Origin: Lingula anatina
Lineage: Eukaryota > Animalia > Brachiopoda
Assembly: GCA_051362555.1 (NCBI GenBank)
Contig: CM120640.1
Location: 55,778,788-55,842,787 of the forward strand
Direction of reading: 5' to 3'
DNA: 64,000 nucleotides
A model generated the notes under the pieces. That model ran no database searches. It had not been told where the DNA came from and saw only the letters and a program-made list of their open reading frames with translations. Position numbers and translations under genes: made by a program. Of this stretch, positions 37,045-49,900 are shown piece after piece. Positions within the stretch are counted from its first letter, which is position 1; each line of letters begins with the position of its first letter.

Positions 37045-37230
37045 TGACAGGATCAATCCATCTGGGCAGGGTTTCTTGCTAAATTGCTTTTGTCTTAAGC
37101 GGCTTAGATGTCTGGCACACCTACTGAAGCTACTAAACAATAATTGATTACCCCCTAGCAGCTTCAGTAGGCGTGACAGACATCTAAACCGTTTAAGTAG
37201 ATTGCAATTTAGTGAGAATCCCCTGAAGCG
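37045..37230. mobile_element. Fold-back MITE (attaccccct core family), diverged
   Basis: Arms ctaaattgc...tagatgtctg...cctactgaagct / agcttcagtagg...cagacatcta...gcaatttag. Confidence 0.7.
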
Positions 37231-37573
37231 CTGTGGTCAAAACTAAAACTTACCTTTTATTTATTTATTTATTTTATTTATTTTTTTTTTGGGGGGGGGG
37301 GGGCTAGTATACTCGCAACTTCTCCATACTTTTGTAAGCTTTATTTATTTGTTTGTTTGTTTGTTTTTTTGTTTGTTTGTTTGTTTTTAATGCACATTAA
37401 CAATAGTCACAATTTCACACTTTTATCTTCTTATTTCAGAATGCCATTTTGTGTTTGAAAATCATCCTGGACACCCTGTTAACATCGAGCCTGATAGATA
37501 TCACAGGAATTATTGAAACAGTATAAAGTTACAACAACAAGACATACAAAACGAACTTTCTGATTCTGCAATC

Positions 37574-37768
37574 ATGAAGAATTTGAAAAAACCCAATGTA
37601 GCACGAGAACTTACAAAGCGCTTCTTTTCAGTTGTGCCATCATTTACAGACATCTTTGATGAAGAAACCTTTTACATTGTGGCTATCCTAGTAGTCATAT
37701 TGTCCATTGTGCTAGTAATTATACTGTCTCGAAAAGTGACCATTAAGGATGCTGGTCACCTAGATTAA
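37574..37768 (+). CDS. Small single-pass membrane protein (64 aa), uncharacterised
   Basis: ATG in atcATG context, in an exon opening after a strong acceptor (ttcttatttcag|37440). VPSFTDIFDEETFY precedes a ~20-aa hydrophobic helix and SRKVTIK. It resembles a short invertebrate protein family from memory, not verified. Confidence 0.7.
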   Translation: MKNLKKPNVARELTKRFFSVVPSFTDIFDEETFYIVAILVVILSIVLVIILSRKVTIKDAGHLD

Positions 37769-40700
37769 TGTATTAGATGTATTTTCAAGACCATTTTATC
37801 TATTAATTGTATTTAATGATATTCATGTACTAGTAGTTATGTTTAGTTGATGTCATATTGCATGCTGGAATGTTTTTGTTTGATTTAAGGTGTAGTTTTT
37901 GTAACAATAATCTTGTCATTCTTTATTTTTTGCCACATGTTCATACAGAATTTACTGTAAATCCAGTGTTTATTTGACCAAGGAGTTATAACAGAAGGAG
38001 ATTACACGCAAGCCTTTCTATTGTCCGATGTCTGTTACGGTGGGCGGAGCTAGCAACGGGGGGCCTCCGGTCTCAAGGTTTCGTCTGCGTCGCTCTCCTC
38101 AGCTTGGAGATAAATTTCATATGCGTTATTTCGCGTTAGAATTCGAGATCAGTAATGTCAAAGCGCCGCTGTATGCTGACGATTTTTTTTCACAGGTAAT
38201 TATTTGGACGATGTGCTGGAAGGGAACGATATCATAGAAAGCGATTATAAGGTGGTGACTGAGGATGGTCGCCATGAGCTTTTTTTAGTCGGTGATAGAT
38301 GGCTTTTTTATGGCACAACCCGGTGAAAAATCACCAAGGAGAAGTCAAAAGAAAACGTCCCAACTGTGGTTTGTGAAAATGACATTCAAGTGAACGTCTG
38401 TCCTCACTGCCAAAGGACATAATATTAATACATTAACGTTTGGAACCTCCTGCCCTTGGGTCCCATAAACATATACATTGTGACAGTGCCTACGCTTTGT
38501 GTCTGGTTTTAAATTTCTTAAAGTATTTTTTCTCTCACTCGGTATAATTCTAATATTATAATGCATTTAATTAAAATTTTAATCCAAGGTTGAGGCAATG
38601 CCACGACACGTCAGTTTACTGAATACTCGTTATAAATTTCTTTATCTTGGAAATTTCCCTTTTTTTCAGGATTATTTGACACGTACAAAATCTGTTCATA
38701 TTTGTCGGTAAACAAGTGCACAGTGCTATACATAAAGAATAATTTTTATTCATTCATAAATATATTTATGTACAAAATATATCAGAAATTTTAGTATTCA
38801 CTGAGCTCTTTAAAGTGAAACAAATAAAGATGAGAATATTGAATTTCAAACTATTATTTACTATATTAACTTAAAATATCTTTTAAGTCAACTCTATACT
38901 CAAGCACTCTATACTCTATACTCATGAAAGTAGCATCTGTGAGTAAAACCATTTTATTATATCAATAGAAGAACAAAAACAAAAATTTTACACATAAGCA
39001 GTAATAAATGAAGTCATAAGAATGATTAAGTTGCTACAGTTTTCCAGTTTTATGCAGTCTATGATGGCATTTTTTTCAACCGTGCAAGTAGAAATAATTA
39101 TATTCTTTTTTATCTGACTTGCTGATACCAGTCTGTGCCAGATGCTATTCCACTTACAGGCCAGCAAGGTCTGAGAATCTAATGGGCCGAATGAAAAAAA
39201 AAATCCAAGAAGATAAAGTGGTTAATTCTTACAAATAGGATAAAAAACATGGGATTTTCAAAAGGTTATTATAGATCAAGACAACACTTAGTAAGAACAT
39301 TTATAAAATGTAACAGCTGAAAAAATTAACTGGTAAGTAAGCAGTAAGTGACTGCTTTAAAGAAATTTCACTGAAACAGAAATTTCACTGGCAATCAGGT
39401 AGACTGTTATACCATGGCACTCAACAATTTATATATAGGTTTTGAATTTTTTTCCACGTAACAGTAACATAAAATTTATGTCCACTTTTGCAATGTATAG
39501 AGTCAGTTAGGTGACTGAAAATATTTTAAAATGTCATAAAGGAGCACTCTGTTGGCCAGTCTTATCCAGTTTCTTCTCCAAAAAGGACAACTCAAGTGAG
39601 AATTTCTTCAGGGCCTTTTCTTCTGCCTTGCTAATGCCATGCCACTCAGAAAAGAGAGAAACCTGTAGGTTAGAAAAAAAACATAATAATAGCATTATGA
39701 ACTACTAGTAGCCATGTAGACATTATGGAATTACGCAGTGAAGTTTAATATGTCTTGTTATGACTTGACTGAAATAATGTTCACCACATAAAAGATATTT
39801 TACAACTAAATTTATATAGAACATCAAGATTCATGATCACAAGCTAATAACCCCAAGAAATTGAAAGAAATTGTACTTATTACAAGAAATTATTTAAATC
39901 CGCCCTGGTTCCTACTCTTCTGACAGGACAAAAAGGGGATTTCAGAGAGGCTGGTTGCTAAAAGGAAAATGCCCAAGGTTGTTGTATTTTGAAAAAAAAA
40001 TTAAAAAGGGTACTGTTGTTAGTGAATGTTTAATGCATCTTAGGCATTATGACAAAAGTAACTTACCCCAGACACACTGACCTCCTTTTTTCATTGACAT
40101 ATTTTAATTTTTTCCAGCCTGACCATAATTCATATATTCAATGCAGCCTTCTCCCATATCTATAATAGAAAAAAAAACTTGAGTAGTGTTAAGATATGCA
40201 TGTCAAATTCATTATCAATTTTGAGAGAATTTCTGTTTCAACACTACAAGATGAAATATTTAATTTCAAGTAATGAATAAACCTTAATAGAGTTCTATTC
40301 TATTGTAACCACCAAGGCAAAGCTTCTTTCTTAAAATGAACTGAAACATCCAAGCTTGCCACCTAACATGCCAAAGTAGTGAAGTATAATATAAGTAGAG
40401 AAGCAAGTACCCCTTAATTATAGAGGTGTCTTACACAATAAGGTGTGTCTTACACACCTTGACTCAAAGAGAGATGTGTAGTGAGATAACAGGTAAAGTA
40501 ATTGGTGGAGCCTAGGTGAACTTAAAACCTTAAGACTTTAAATTAAGAAGCACCAGTATTCATGTGTGTTCTTTTTTCAAAGGTTTAATATGAATTAAAA
40601 CATATATATGTAAAAAGAAGACTAAATAAGTTAAAAATAACTATACCAAAGACACTGTGAAGTCAAACTTCCTGTTAGACCGCCATGATGGAAAATGCTG

Positions 40701-41769
40701 GGTGGAGGCAAAATTTTCCAGTCAAAAAAACTGAGCACTTTACTTTAACAACAAAGTTACCACTCCAAAGCCACCCACCATGGTGAGAAGAAAAATGATG
40801 ACCAACTGTCATGATAAGTCTTTTTAGATTTAAACATGAAAAAGGTAAAGGCCAAAATGGTACATTTACCCATAACACTAGAGTAAAAAATTGGTATTCT
40901 GAACAAATCAGGTTATTTTTTTTCAAGAAATATTGGAGCAGTATCCATGCAATATATACCACGCCACGACCAAGATGTTCAAGAATCTAAACACACCAAA
41001 TTTTTTTATAATCTTGCATTTGAAAAGTACAAAAAGCGGTAAGGCTTTTGGCCGTAACAAGCGCAACACTTTTTGATCGGAACTCATGAAAATTGTCAAT
41101 TGTCGTATCCAAGCTAGACCACATGTAAAATCGCAAAAATAAACAATACTGCTCAAGCAAGTGTGTTGCACACATAATAATTAGTTAAATTTTATGACTG
41201 TCATGTGACACAAGTTTCAAAAAGTAGGAGGAAAATGTCTTTTGGAGTAATTTTTTTTCGAAATATTAACAAGATGGCGACTTAAGCATCTGCTTGTTAT
41301 TCGGCTACTGAAAGTGCACCTAAGTTTTATTCTTTGCTATTGCCACAAATTACTTAACAATTGTAACTGTATAAAGACCAAACTTTCTTCATCTGATACT
41401 ATAATTATAGGCACTTGTTATGAGTGGGAAATATTTTTCGTGCAATATTTATTCTCCACACACCACCTCGCGAGATCAACGTGTAGCTGGACACTTACAC
41501 AGTGAGACCCTACGACATAAAAGTTGCAATTTATCTTCATATTTCGTGTAGTTATGCATTTAAAAGCACTTACCTGTTTTTTGAAAACCTTGTCCAACGT
41601 ACTATCATATAAATTCTGTATTTCTCTCATTTTTTAGAAACTTGGGACTCCGTTTCTGTTTCTGTCCTCAAAAATCAACAGACGAAGGCACAGATACTAA
41701 CAAACGAGATTTAAACGAGAGTAATTAAGCGTAACAGAGATAGACATCCATTGTTCTCTGGGTTCTATT

Positions 41770-41820
41770 CATTCCGACCAATGAGAGACCGTAATACGGG
41801 CTCCGCCCCCACGCGTGTAA
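41770..41820. promoter_or_regulatory. Promoter elements (CCAAT box, GC box) between ABCB9-like and a divergent spliced transcript
   Basis: CCAAT at 41778, ggctccgcccc near 41800, local CpG enrichment, about 200 bp upstream of the ABCB9-like ATG. Confidence 0.5.
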
Positions 41821-41989
41821 TCTCCTTCTGTTATAACTCCTTGATTTGACCCACTGTGCATTGAATGTAAAAATTGTGTTTGGTTTTATAAGGTGCATTT
41901 ACAGCTTGTACCACAGGTACGGGTGTTAATTGACAGATATTCATACTGTGGGTATAGTCATATTAATAGATTCAAGCCAAGCATATAAA

Positions 41990-44900
41990 ATGTCTTTCAA
42001 CAGCAAGAAAGCCAAATGTCTCCTATTTATAACAGTTATTTTTCCTGTGGTTGACGTGTGTGTAACCACTGTGCTTTACTCACATGGCACTGGTTTTAAA
42101 GAACACTTCACCCAAGGGTTTTATGCCTACTCTGTGTTTACATCATTATTTGATGTTTGGTCACTCAGCATTTTAAGAGCAACATTGTTACTTGGACTGG
42201 TAATAGGGGTAATGTGCAATCCAAAGAAAGGGGTACAGCGAGCCAAAAAAGTAGTGCGTGTAATTGCAGTTATTACTGTTATCTTATGGGTCTGTCAAAT
42301 TATAAAATTGTTGCTATTTTCGGATGCTGTTTCTGACTTGAGGAAACCTTGGTTCTGGGCATTGTTCTGTTGGACACTTATTGCATCCGTTCTCATGTTT
42401 GTTCTGTGGTGGCAAGTGGCAGAACTGAAAGTTATATCAAAGAAGAAGTATCATGGGATCAATTCCACTATTGGTGAAAGAGAAAGTCTTATAAATGCCA
42501 ATACTACCCTTAGTAGCGGAAGTGAAGATAGTGAGGATGAAGAGAAAGAGCACCATAATGGTAATCGACATAAGAAAAAGAAGAAAAAAGCCTCAAGAAC
42601 TACAAGCATTTTCCGCTTACTGAAGCTGTCCAAAGATGACTGGCCTTTTATTTTGGCTGGCTTCTTTTTCCTGCTATGTGCAGCTGGAGGTAGGTTTTAT
42701 AATCAGCAGGTGATGGTGCATTTTGACATGCCATATGTTATACCCAAACTAGTCCACACCACACCACAAGTGTATTCCCCCAATGGCCATATTAACATAG
42801 CAGCAATTTAAGTACAAGCAATTTAATTCTTGTTTTCTGTGAAGATGGGTCTAAAGGGAGCATACACATCGAGAAGAGCCGAGGTCTAGTAAGGCCACGA
42901 CCTAAATATGGTGGACCTACATGAAAGGAAGACCGCCAATCCTGTTAATCCTTCCCACACGTCGTCCCTGCAGTAGAGAGACCATTACAGGATTGGCAGT
43001 CTTCCTTTCATGTAGGTCTGTCATATTTAGGTTGTGGCCTTAGTAGACCTCTTCTCTTCTCGATGTGAATGCACCCTTAAACTTGGTACAACTCGCCTGA
43101 GAATGCCATCTGATTACCTCAAGCTCACCAATGTAATGGCAGATGTTTTGTAAGGGATAACTATTGAGTGGTTAGATTTGCCTACCCTCTTCCAGGGTGA
43201 CAGATTTATTTTTCACAGATATTCACAGATATGTGTCTAGATAAATAGACAGTCATTTTGGTCTGATTCAGCCAAAAATGCCCACAATAATAACTGCGGG
43301 CCTGGTAGAGGGTAAGATTTCCCCTTTTTTGTGGGATAATTGTTTTCAGATGGTCAACTTCCATTGATGTAACCAAGTTGAGTTGAACTACCCTCTTCCA
43401 GGGCGATAGATTGATTTTTCACGGATATTCACAGATATGTCTCTAGATAAATAGACAGTCATTTGGCTATGGATTTTTCCATCTTTCCCTATATAATCTG
43501 CCACCCTGGTGGGGGGTAGAGCTGAACCAGCTTCACTGGAAACTAGCCTTGAATTTGCCCTCTGCTCTAATCAACCATGATTTATATGGGCAACACTACA
43601 GAGGAGGGCTCTACAGAGACATGATGCTTTGTTTCGCACTAAGTGTGGTGTAATTTCAAGATTAAAGATTTTAGTAAATATCATTGTTTAATTGACATTG
43701 ACTCTGCTTAATATGTTACTTATTTTGACAATTTCCTGTTACTACTCCAGCTGAAGTATTCCTACCATACTACACTGGCCAGGTGATAGATGGTATTGTC
43801 ATTGAGCAGTCATATGAAAAGTTCACCAATGCCATCATTATAATGTCAGCAATATCACTAACAGCGTAAGTTAACAATGCATTTGATAGAGACACAGTTA
43901 TTTGACACAGTGACCTTCCTTGTGAAGTACAAGTTTTTTCAAAGTTAATGTAGCATTTCCTCATATTGCAGACTTAAAAAAATATTATAAACAGAGCTAC
44001 TTGATGTGATATAGACTAAACTTCAGTTTGGAGCAAGATATCAGATTGGAAGATGTTTTTATTAATGTCATATAAAAATAATTAATTCCACTTCTTGTGC
44101 TGTTCCAGTGGTTTTGCAGCAGGGTCGAGAGGATGTCTGCTTTTACTTGCCATGAACAGACTTGGGCTCAGGGTGCGAAACTTGCTGTTTGGTGCCATCA
44201 TGAAGCAGGAGACTGGCTTCTTTGATAAGATACAAACCGGTAAGGTTACACATTTGCCCTCCTGCCTCCCCCCTCCCCCCTCCCCCAGGCCCCAACTACA
44301 GTTATTCAGCCATTGATATCTATTGCAGTTGCACAAGTTGGCAAGGAATGGTTAAATGTAAAAAAAAAAAAAACGGTGAAAAAGCTATTTACAGCTTTTT
44401 GTAACTGAACTGTTTACAGAATTTAATTTCAAGTTGGCATACATATTCAGTTGTTTCTTGCTTTTTTAAAAACAGTGAACCCAAGTTTGGTTTATTTGTT
44501 GTGCATGATTTGTTAAATTTCAGCATGATGTCAGCTTGATTAAAAGAAATACCAATGTTGTTCTTTTATCATTTATTCCAGGTGAAATCACCTCCAGATT
44601 AACATCTGATGCCACAACCATGAGTGAGTCAGTAGGATTGAACATCAACATATTCCTTAGAAGTCTAGTGAAGGCTAGTAAGTTTATGTGTCTCATGTGA
44701 GGTTATGTGAAATATGAATTTCACCATGTTCATGATCAGTCATTGAACTGAGATACTAAATACAGTGTGACCAAAGATGAAAATGTCTTGAAGGTTTGGG
44801 TCAGTTTATAAATTTTGTATTTATAAGTGATAATAAATGCAGGCATGATCCAATTTATAGGAATTTTACTGCAGAGTGGCCATCGTGGAACAATTCCTCC

Positions 44901-46905
44901 ATTGGTGTGAACCAGTCCCCCTTACCCCCCTCATACAGTGGCTTGGGATCTGTCCAATTGAAAGGCTCCTGAAGGGGACAGTTTATCTTCCACCATTCCT
45001 TTGTCTTGGGGTCATCTGCAATGGCTTGCCAGTCTGCCTCAAAGTTTTTTCCTAATGAATTAAATTGAGCACCAAATGTATGAGTGTTTTTGAAGTTATG
45101 TTTAATCTTGCACCCTGTAGTATGAGATACATGTAAGACTGTGTGGCCCTGAAAATCTTTCATTAAATTTGTACAAAGGCAATCATTTTCTTGAAAAAAA
45201 AAGACTTAGATTTATGTCAGAAATGGTGAATATTGAAAAGATTGAAGATTGATATTTGTTAGTAGAATGTGGCAGGTTATACATACCAATATACTCCAGG
45301 TAAGCAAAGAGGAGACCAGTCTCCTTGTGATAATAAATGGAGTAATTTCGAATATTGCTCTTAGTCAGCCTGTCCAGTACCTGAGGACATAATACATAGC
45401 ATGTTAACTCATCCAGCAAGAACACCCATCTTTTTAATCTAGTTTTTCTTTACGTCTCCCTCTGTATCTGCATTTCTGCGTGACATGTATGTCAATTAGA
45501 AGAGAAGCTTGATAACTACATGTACATGTATAAAGTCAAAGCATTAAATTGACCAGTTTGTATATTTTGGAGAAAAAAGTAATAATGTGTTGTAAAAATG
45601 TTTGTGATGGGCAATTCCATGTTCACTGAATCGTATGCAGAAAAATTTACTTTCAAAGTATTTGGTTAATAATATATTGAGTAACCATCTGTTTTTAAGT
45701 GGAAATTAATGCATGCATGAATAATGTAAAGAGACAGGCACTGAGGCAGACATTCACAGCTTATATAAAATATACATGCTAATGAGTAAAGGCGTCAAGG
45801 CCTGGGCTTTAACTGTTGTTATTAACCCAGTTTTTAGAGCACTTCTGATTCATGGTAAATGCACTACAGGTAAAGACAAGGCAGTCTTCAAGTCTTAAAG
45901 CAATTCAGTATATTCTGTTGTGTTAAGAGCTATTGTCCTCATCACAAAAGCATCTTACCTCAGGCCAGACTTTGGCATGAAGTTCCTTATATTTGGCATA
46001 ACACTCAGGCTTCAGCTTGATAACTGAGCCATATCTTTTAGAAGGAGTGGTGTCACTGGTAGTAGCCATGTTGCAGTGGGCGGTTTGTGACCTATAAAAC
46101 TTGCATTCTCTATTTACTACTTTCTTATCTAGCCCCAGAGGTTCAATAGTGCAAACTGTTTCTAGGTCTGTTATTTGCATAGATGATCTATTTTGAGGTC
46201 ACTATACATATACAAGTAACCTGAAAATGCAAAACAATTTGCATCCCATAACCTTTCAAAGCTGTGATTTGTTTTACTCATTTTGACTTATTATATGTCT
46301 GTCTTTTAAAGAGAACCGTTTATTACCCCCTTGGGAGTATTTATATGCTTATTTTTTAATGTGTTGTTAGTCATTTATTGATAAAATTACACAGCCTATT
46401 TGTGCCTGTAAATATAGAAATTGTGGCAGGTGAATAAATACAAAGTAATATATTTTTTTCTCTCATTTCCAGTTGGAACTTGCGTTTTTATGTTTAAGTT
46501 GTCTTGGCAGCTTACCCTAGTGACGTTCATTGGTCTTCCTATCATCATTGGTTTCTCCACCCTTTATGGCGAATACTATGAGGTAAAAACTTAGATGTTA
46601 TATACTGATAACACTGGATATTTTAATTTATCATTTTACAGGTACTGTCTTGGCTTTGCATAAATCAAACACCAAGATAGATATACATCATAAAAAGTCT
46701 TCCACATTTCTCATTTTGTTTGAAGTCAGAAAATCTATTTTACATTATATATATATATCTAATGGGGAATAATTTCCAAAATTCTACAGTAGTACTATAT
46801 TACAACCTTGATAGAGGCCTGTCTGAATGACTCTTAAGTTTCATTTAGGATTGCTTGGGTCATATGAATGGCTAAAATACAGATCAATTTTGTAAAATTG
46901 GCCTG

Positions 46906-46967
<62 letters not shown>

Positions 46968-49900
46968 TTTTGTTTGTTTGTTTGTTTGTTTGTTTTCAGA
47001 ATATGTTGCCCCAAAAATCTAAATGCAGGATGCTGGTAGTTGTTAATTTTGTCTTTTACATGTACCGGGGTATGTGAATTTAGATTATTGGGCCAACCTA
47101 GGCTGCATTCACATGAAAAATCTATTTTCTAAAAATCTATATGCGGTATCTTGGGATCACGGTCTGTGCCCTGAATACCCCATGGCGTAATTACAGGCAG
47201 CGCGAACCAGTTACTTCCAAAGCTGTAATTATTTCTTGCCGCTGCCAGTAATTACGCCGCGGGGTATTCAGGGCACAGACCGTGATCACAAGATACCACA
47301 AATAGAATTTTAGAAAATACATTTTTCCTGTGAACGCAGCCCTATTGTGTACAGTCATTTCATGAGTTTATATTCCTTTTGGTTACTCTCATAAGAATGT
47401 CCCATGGGTCAGGAATTGTTCAGTATTCAAATCATATAATGCAACCCTTTTTTCTCTTTTTTCAGAAACTGTCAAAGGAAATCCAGGACACTCTAGCCAT
47501 TGCCAACAACGTGGCTGAAGAGACATGTTCATCAATGAAGACAGTTCGCAGCTTTGCAAACGAGACTGCAGAGGTCCAAAGATACAAAGACAAACTTCAG
47601 GATTCCTACAAGTTGTACAAAAAGGAGGCTCTGGCTTATGGTGCTTTTATGTGGTGCAATGAGGTAGGATGAATGTTATGCAATTGGTACTTGATATACA
47701 TATATCCACCTCATGAAGCGATTGATCTGCACATGATGAAGTAAAACATTAATGGGGGCTCTGAATGATTTAAGCATCAATAAGTGTTTTAAGCTCGACT
47801 TGATATATATATATTTTTATTAAGAATTTCATCTTAGTTAACTTTATTGATAAATCACATTTGCATGTTAATCTCAGTAATGAATACCCAAAATAGTGAC
47901 ACATACACATACATATCTATCTCTAATTATTCCCTTCTAATTTTCAGGTCTTTGAACTGTCTTTGACTGTAGCTACCCTTTACTATGGTGGTCATCTTGT
48001 CCTGAATAAAACCATGACTGGTGGCAACTTGGTGTCCTTCATCTTGTATCAGCTGGAGCTTGGTGACTGCTTTGAGGTAAGACACCATTGTACGTTTTTA
48101 TAATGGCTGATTTATAACATCTTCGATAAATGACGGGAGGGGAAAGGGGCAATTAATAATCAGATTTTTATTAAACATTGTAAAACACATGAAAAGCACA
48201 AATACACTTCCTTGCCCACTCAAGAACAGACACATGTTAGACTTCTATTTTCAATTGCTTTGTTTCTCAATATATTTGTACTTGCATTGACTGATTCTAC
48301 CACAGGAAATGGGTGAAGTATTCACTGGTCTAATGCAGGCAGTTGGTGCATCAGAGAAAGTGATGGAATACATGTATCGTGAACCTAAAATCCAGAATGA
48401 TGGCTCACATATTCCAGGCCAACTTGATGGTCATATTGAGTTTTGTCAGGCCACATTTACATATCCTGCTAGACCAGATGAGCCTGCATTGAAGGTAAAT
48501 TAATTGATACATGTACAAGTTTTAATCTGTTCTCTTTTTCAGTCTATAGGAAATGTTTTCACATCTTTGATGCAAGCTGTGGGTGCTTCTCATAAAGTAT
48601 TTGAGTATATGGACCGCAAACCTGAAGTTATAAATGATGGTACATGTGCACCTGCCCACTTGAATGGGCTCCTGCAGTTCAGACAAGTTCATTTCAGTTA
48701 TCCAACCAGGCCAGATGAAAAAGCATTGAAGGTAATTGCAATTGGAGTGTGCTGCCAGCTTCCAAGTTTTCAGCTTCATGTGCAGCAGTATGGATGTTGC
48801 TTCACGTGCAGTATGGATTTGTGTTTTTATTTATTGTTTTATTGTTATACTTCAGTTTCTTTTTTGCTGCTTTATTTTCCTGTATCTATATTTTATTATA
48901 GTTGTAGCTTTGAATTGTATATGTCTGTCACCAAGGAATGATTCAGTGAAAGAATTAATTAATCAGTGATGCCTGCATGTTCACTGTTTTGCTGTTTAAG
49001 GGTTGCTGATTGCCTAAATCTTGTTTGAATTAATAAGGCTTGTATTATAGAATTATAAATGTTAGTACTGATTACATTTGAAGAAATAATGTCTCATTCC
49101 ATATGATTGCTGTTTTAAAATTAGTTCCTCCATATTGTTTAATCAATGTTTTGTGTATGTTGCTCAATGCAATCTGTTTCTCACAGCAGATCACCAGAAT
49201 AGAATTACCTTTGCGCAGCTTGTATGATGCTTGTTGCTGGTAGCGGTTATTAAAAATTTATGTTGTTTGCAGATGTTATCCAGGCAAAAGGCTTATAGTC
49301 AGTAATTTTGCTTGGTTTGGAATCATCAGTTGCTTGATTTACTTCTACTTAATTGCTAAACAGAAAAAATATAGTTTAAAATCAGTTTGTATCTACATTT
49401 CAAACACAGTTACACCTTATTACTTAAAAAAATTAAGTACCTGATTTCATGAACTTCATCTCTTTTATTACACACAGGGCACCATTTTTAGGGATATGAG
49501 AAATGAAAACTGTTTGATTTTAGTGAGTGATAACCTTAAATGTCAAATTTATGCAAAAAAAATGTGATATTATGTTAATTTTTTCCCTTTTCAAAGAAGT
49601 ATGTTAGACTTACAATATTACCATTCCTCTATGTAGGATGTTTCATTTCAAGTCAAACCAGGAGAAGTTGTGGCTCTTGTAGGACCAAGTGGTGGTGGCA
49701 AAAGTTCCTGTGTAAACTTATTGGAGCATTTCTATGAGACACAGTCTGGTGAAGTACTTTTGGATGGCATTCCAGTCAAACAGTATGATCACAAGTATCT
49801 GCACAGAAAGGTCAGTAGATAAAGAAGTATGCTTTTAATCACTTGCACCACACCAAATGCCATTGTAGTTGAAGATGGACCAGTTAAATTTTATTAATTT

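Noticed and set aside
40067-40159. In-frame TGA codons as selenocysteine
   Set aside because: No redox motif context or recognisable SECIS, and the peptide does not resemble a selenoprotein.
40793-40903. C/D-box snoRNA candidate (ATGATGA ... CTGA)
   Set aside because: No terminal stem or recognisable rRNA antisense element, and it is on the opposite strand to the putative host transcript.
41930-42811. ORF-track 293-aa protein as a stand-alone gene
   Set aside because: It is ABCB9-like coding exon 1 (ATG 41990 to donor 42689) read into flanking sequence.
44855-46069. Bacterial contamination or chimeric contig as the source of rhaM
   Set aside because: The ORF has two GT-AG introns and lies between in-frame exons of an animal ABCB9 gene with matching base composition.
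47730-47765. ATGATGA...CTGA in ABCB9 intron 6
   Set aside because: The boxes are only ~30 nt apart, too short for a C/D snoRNA.
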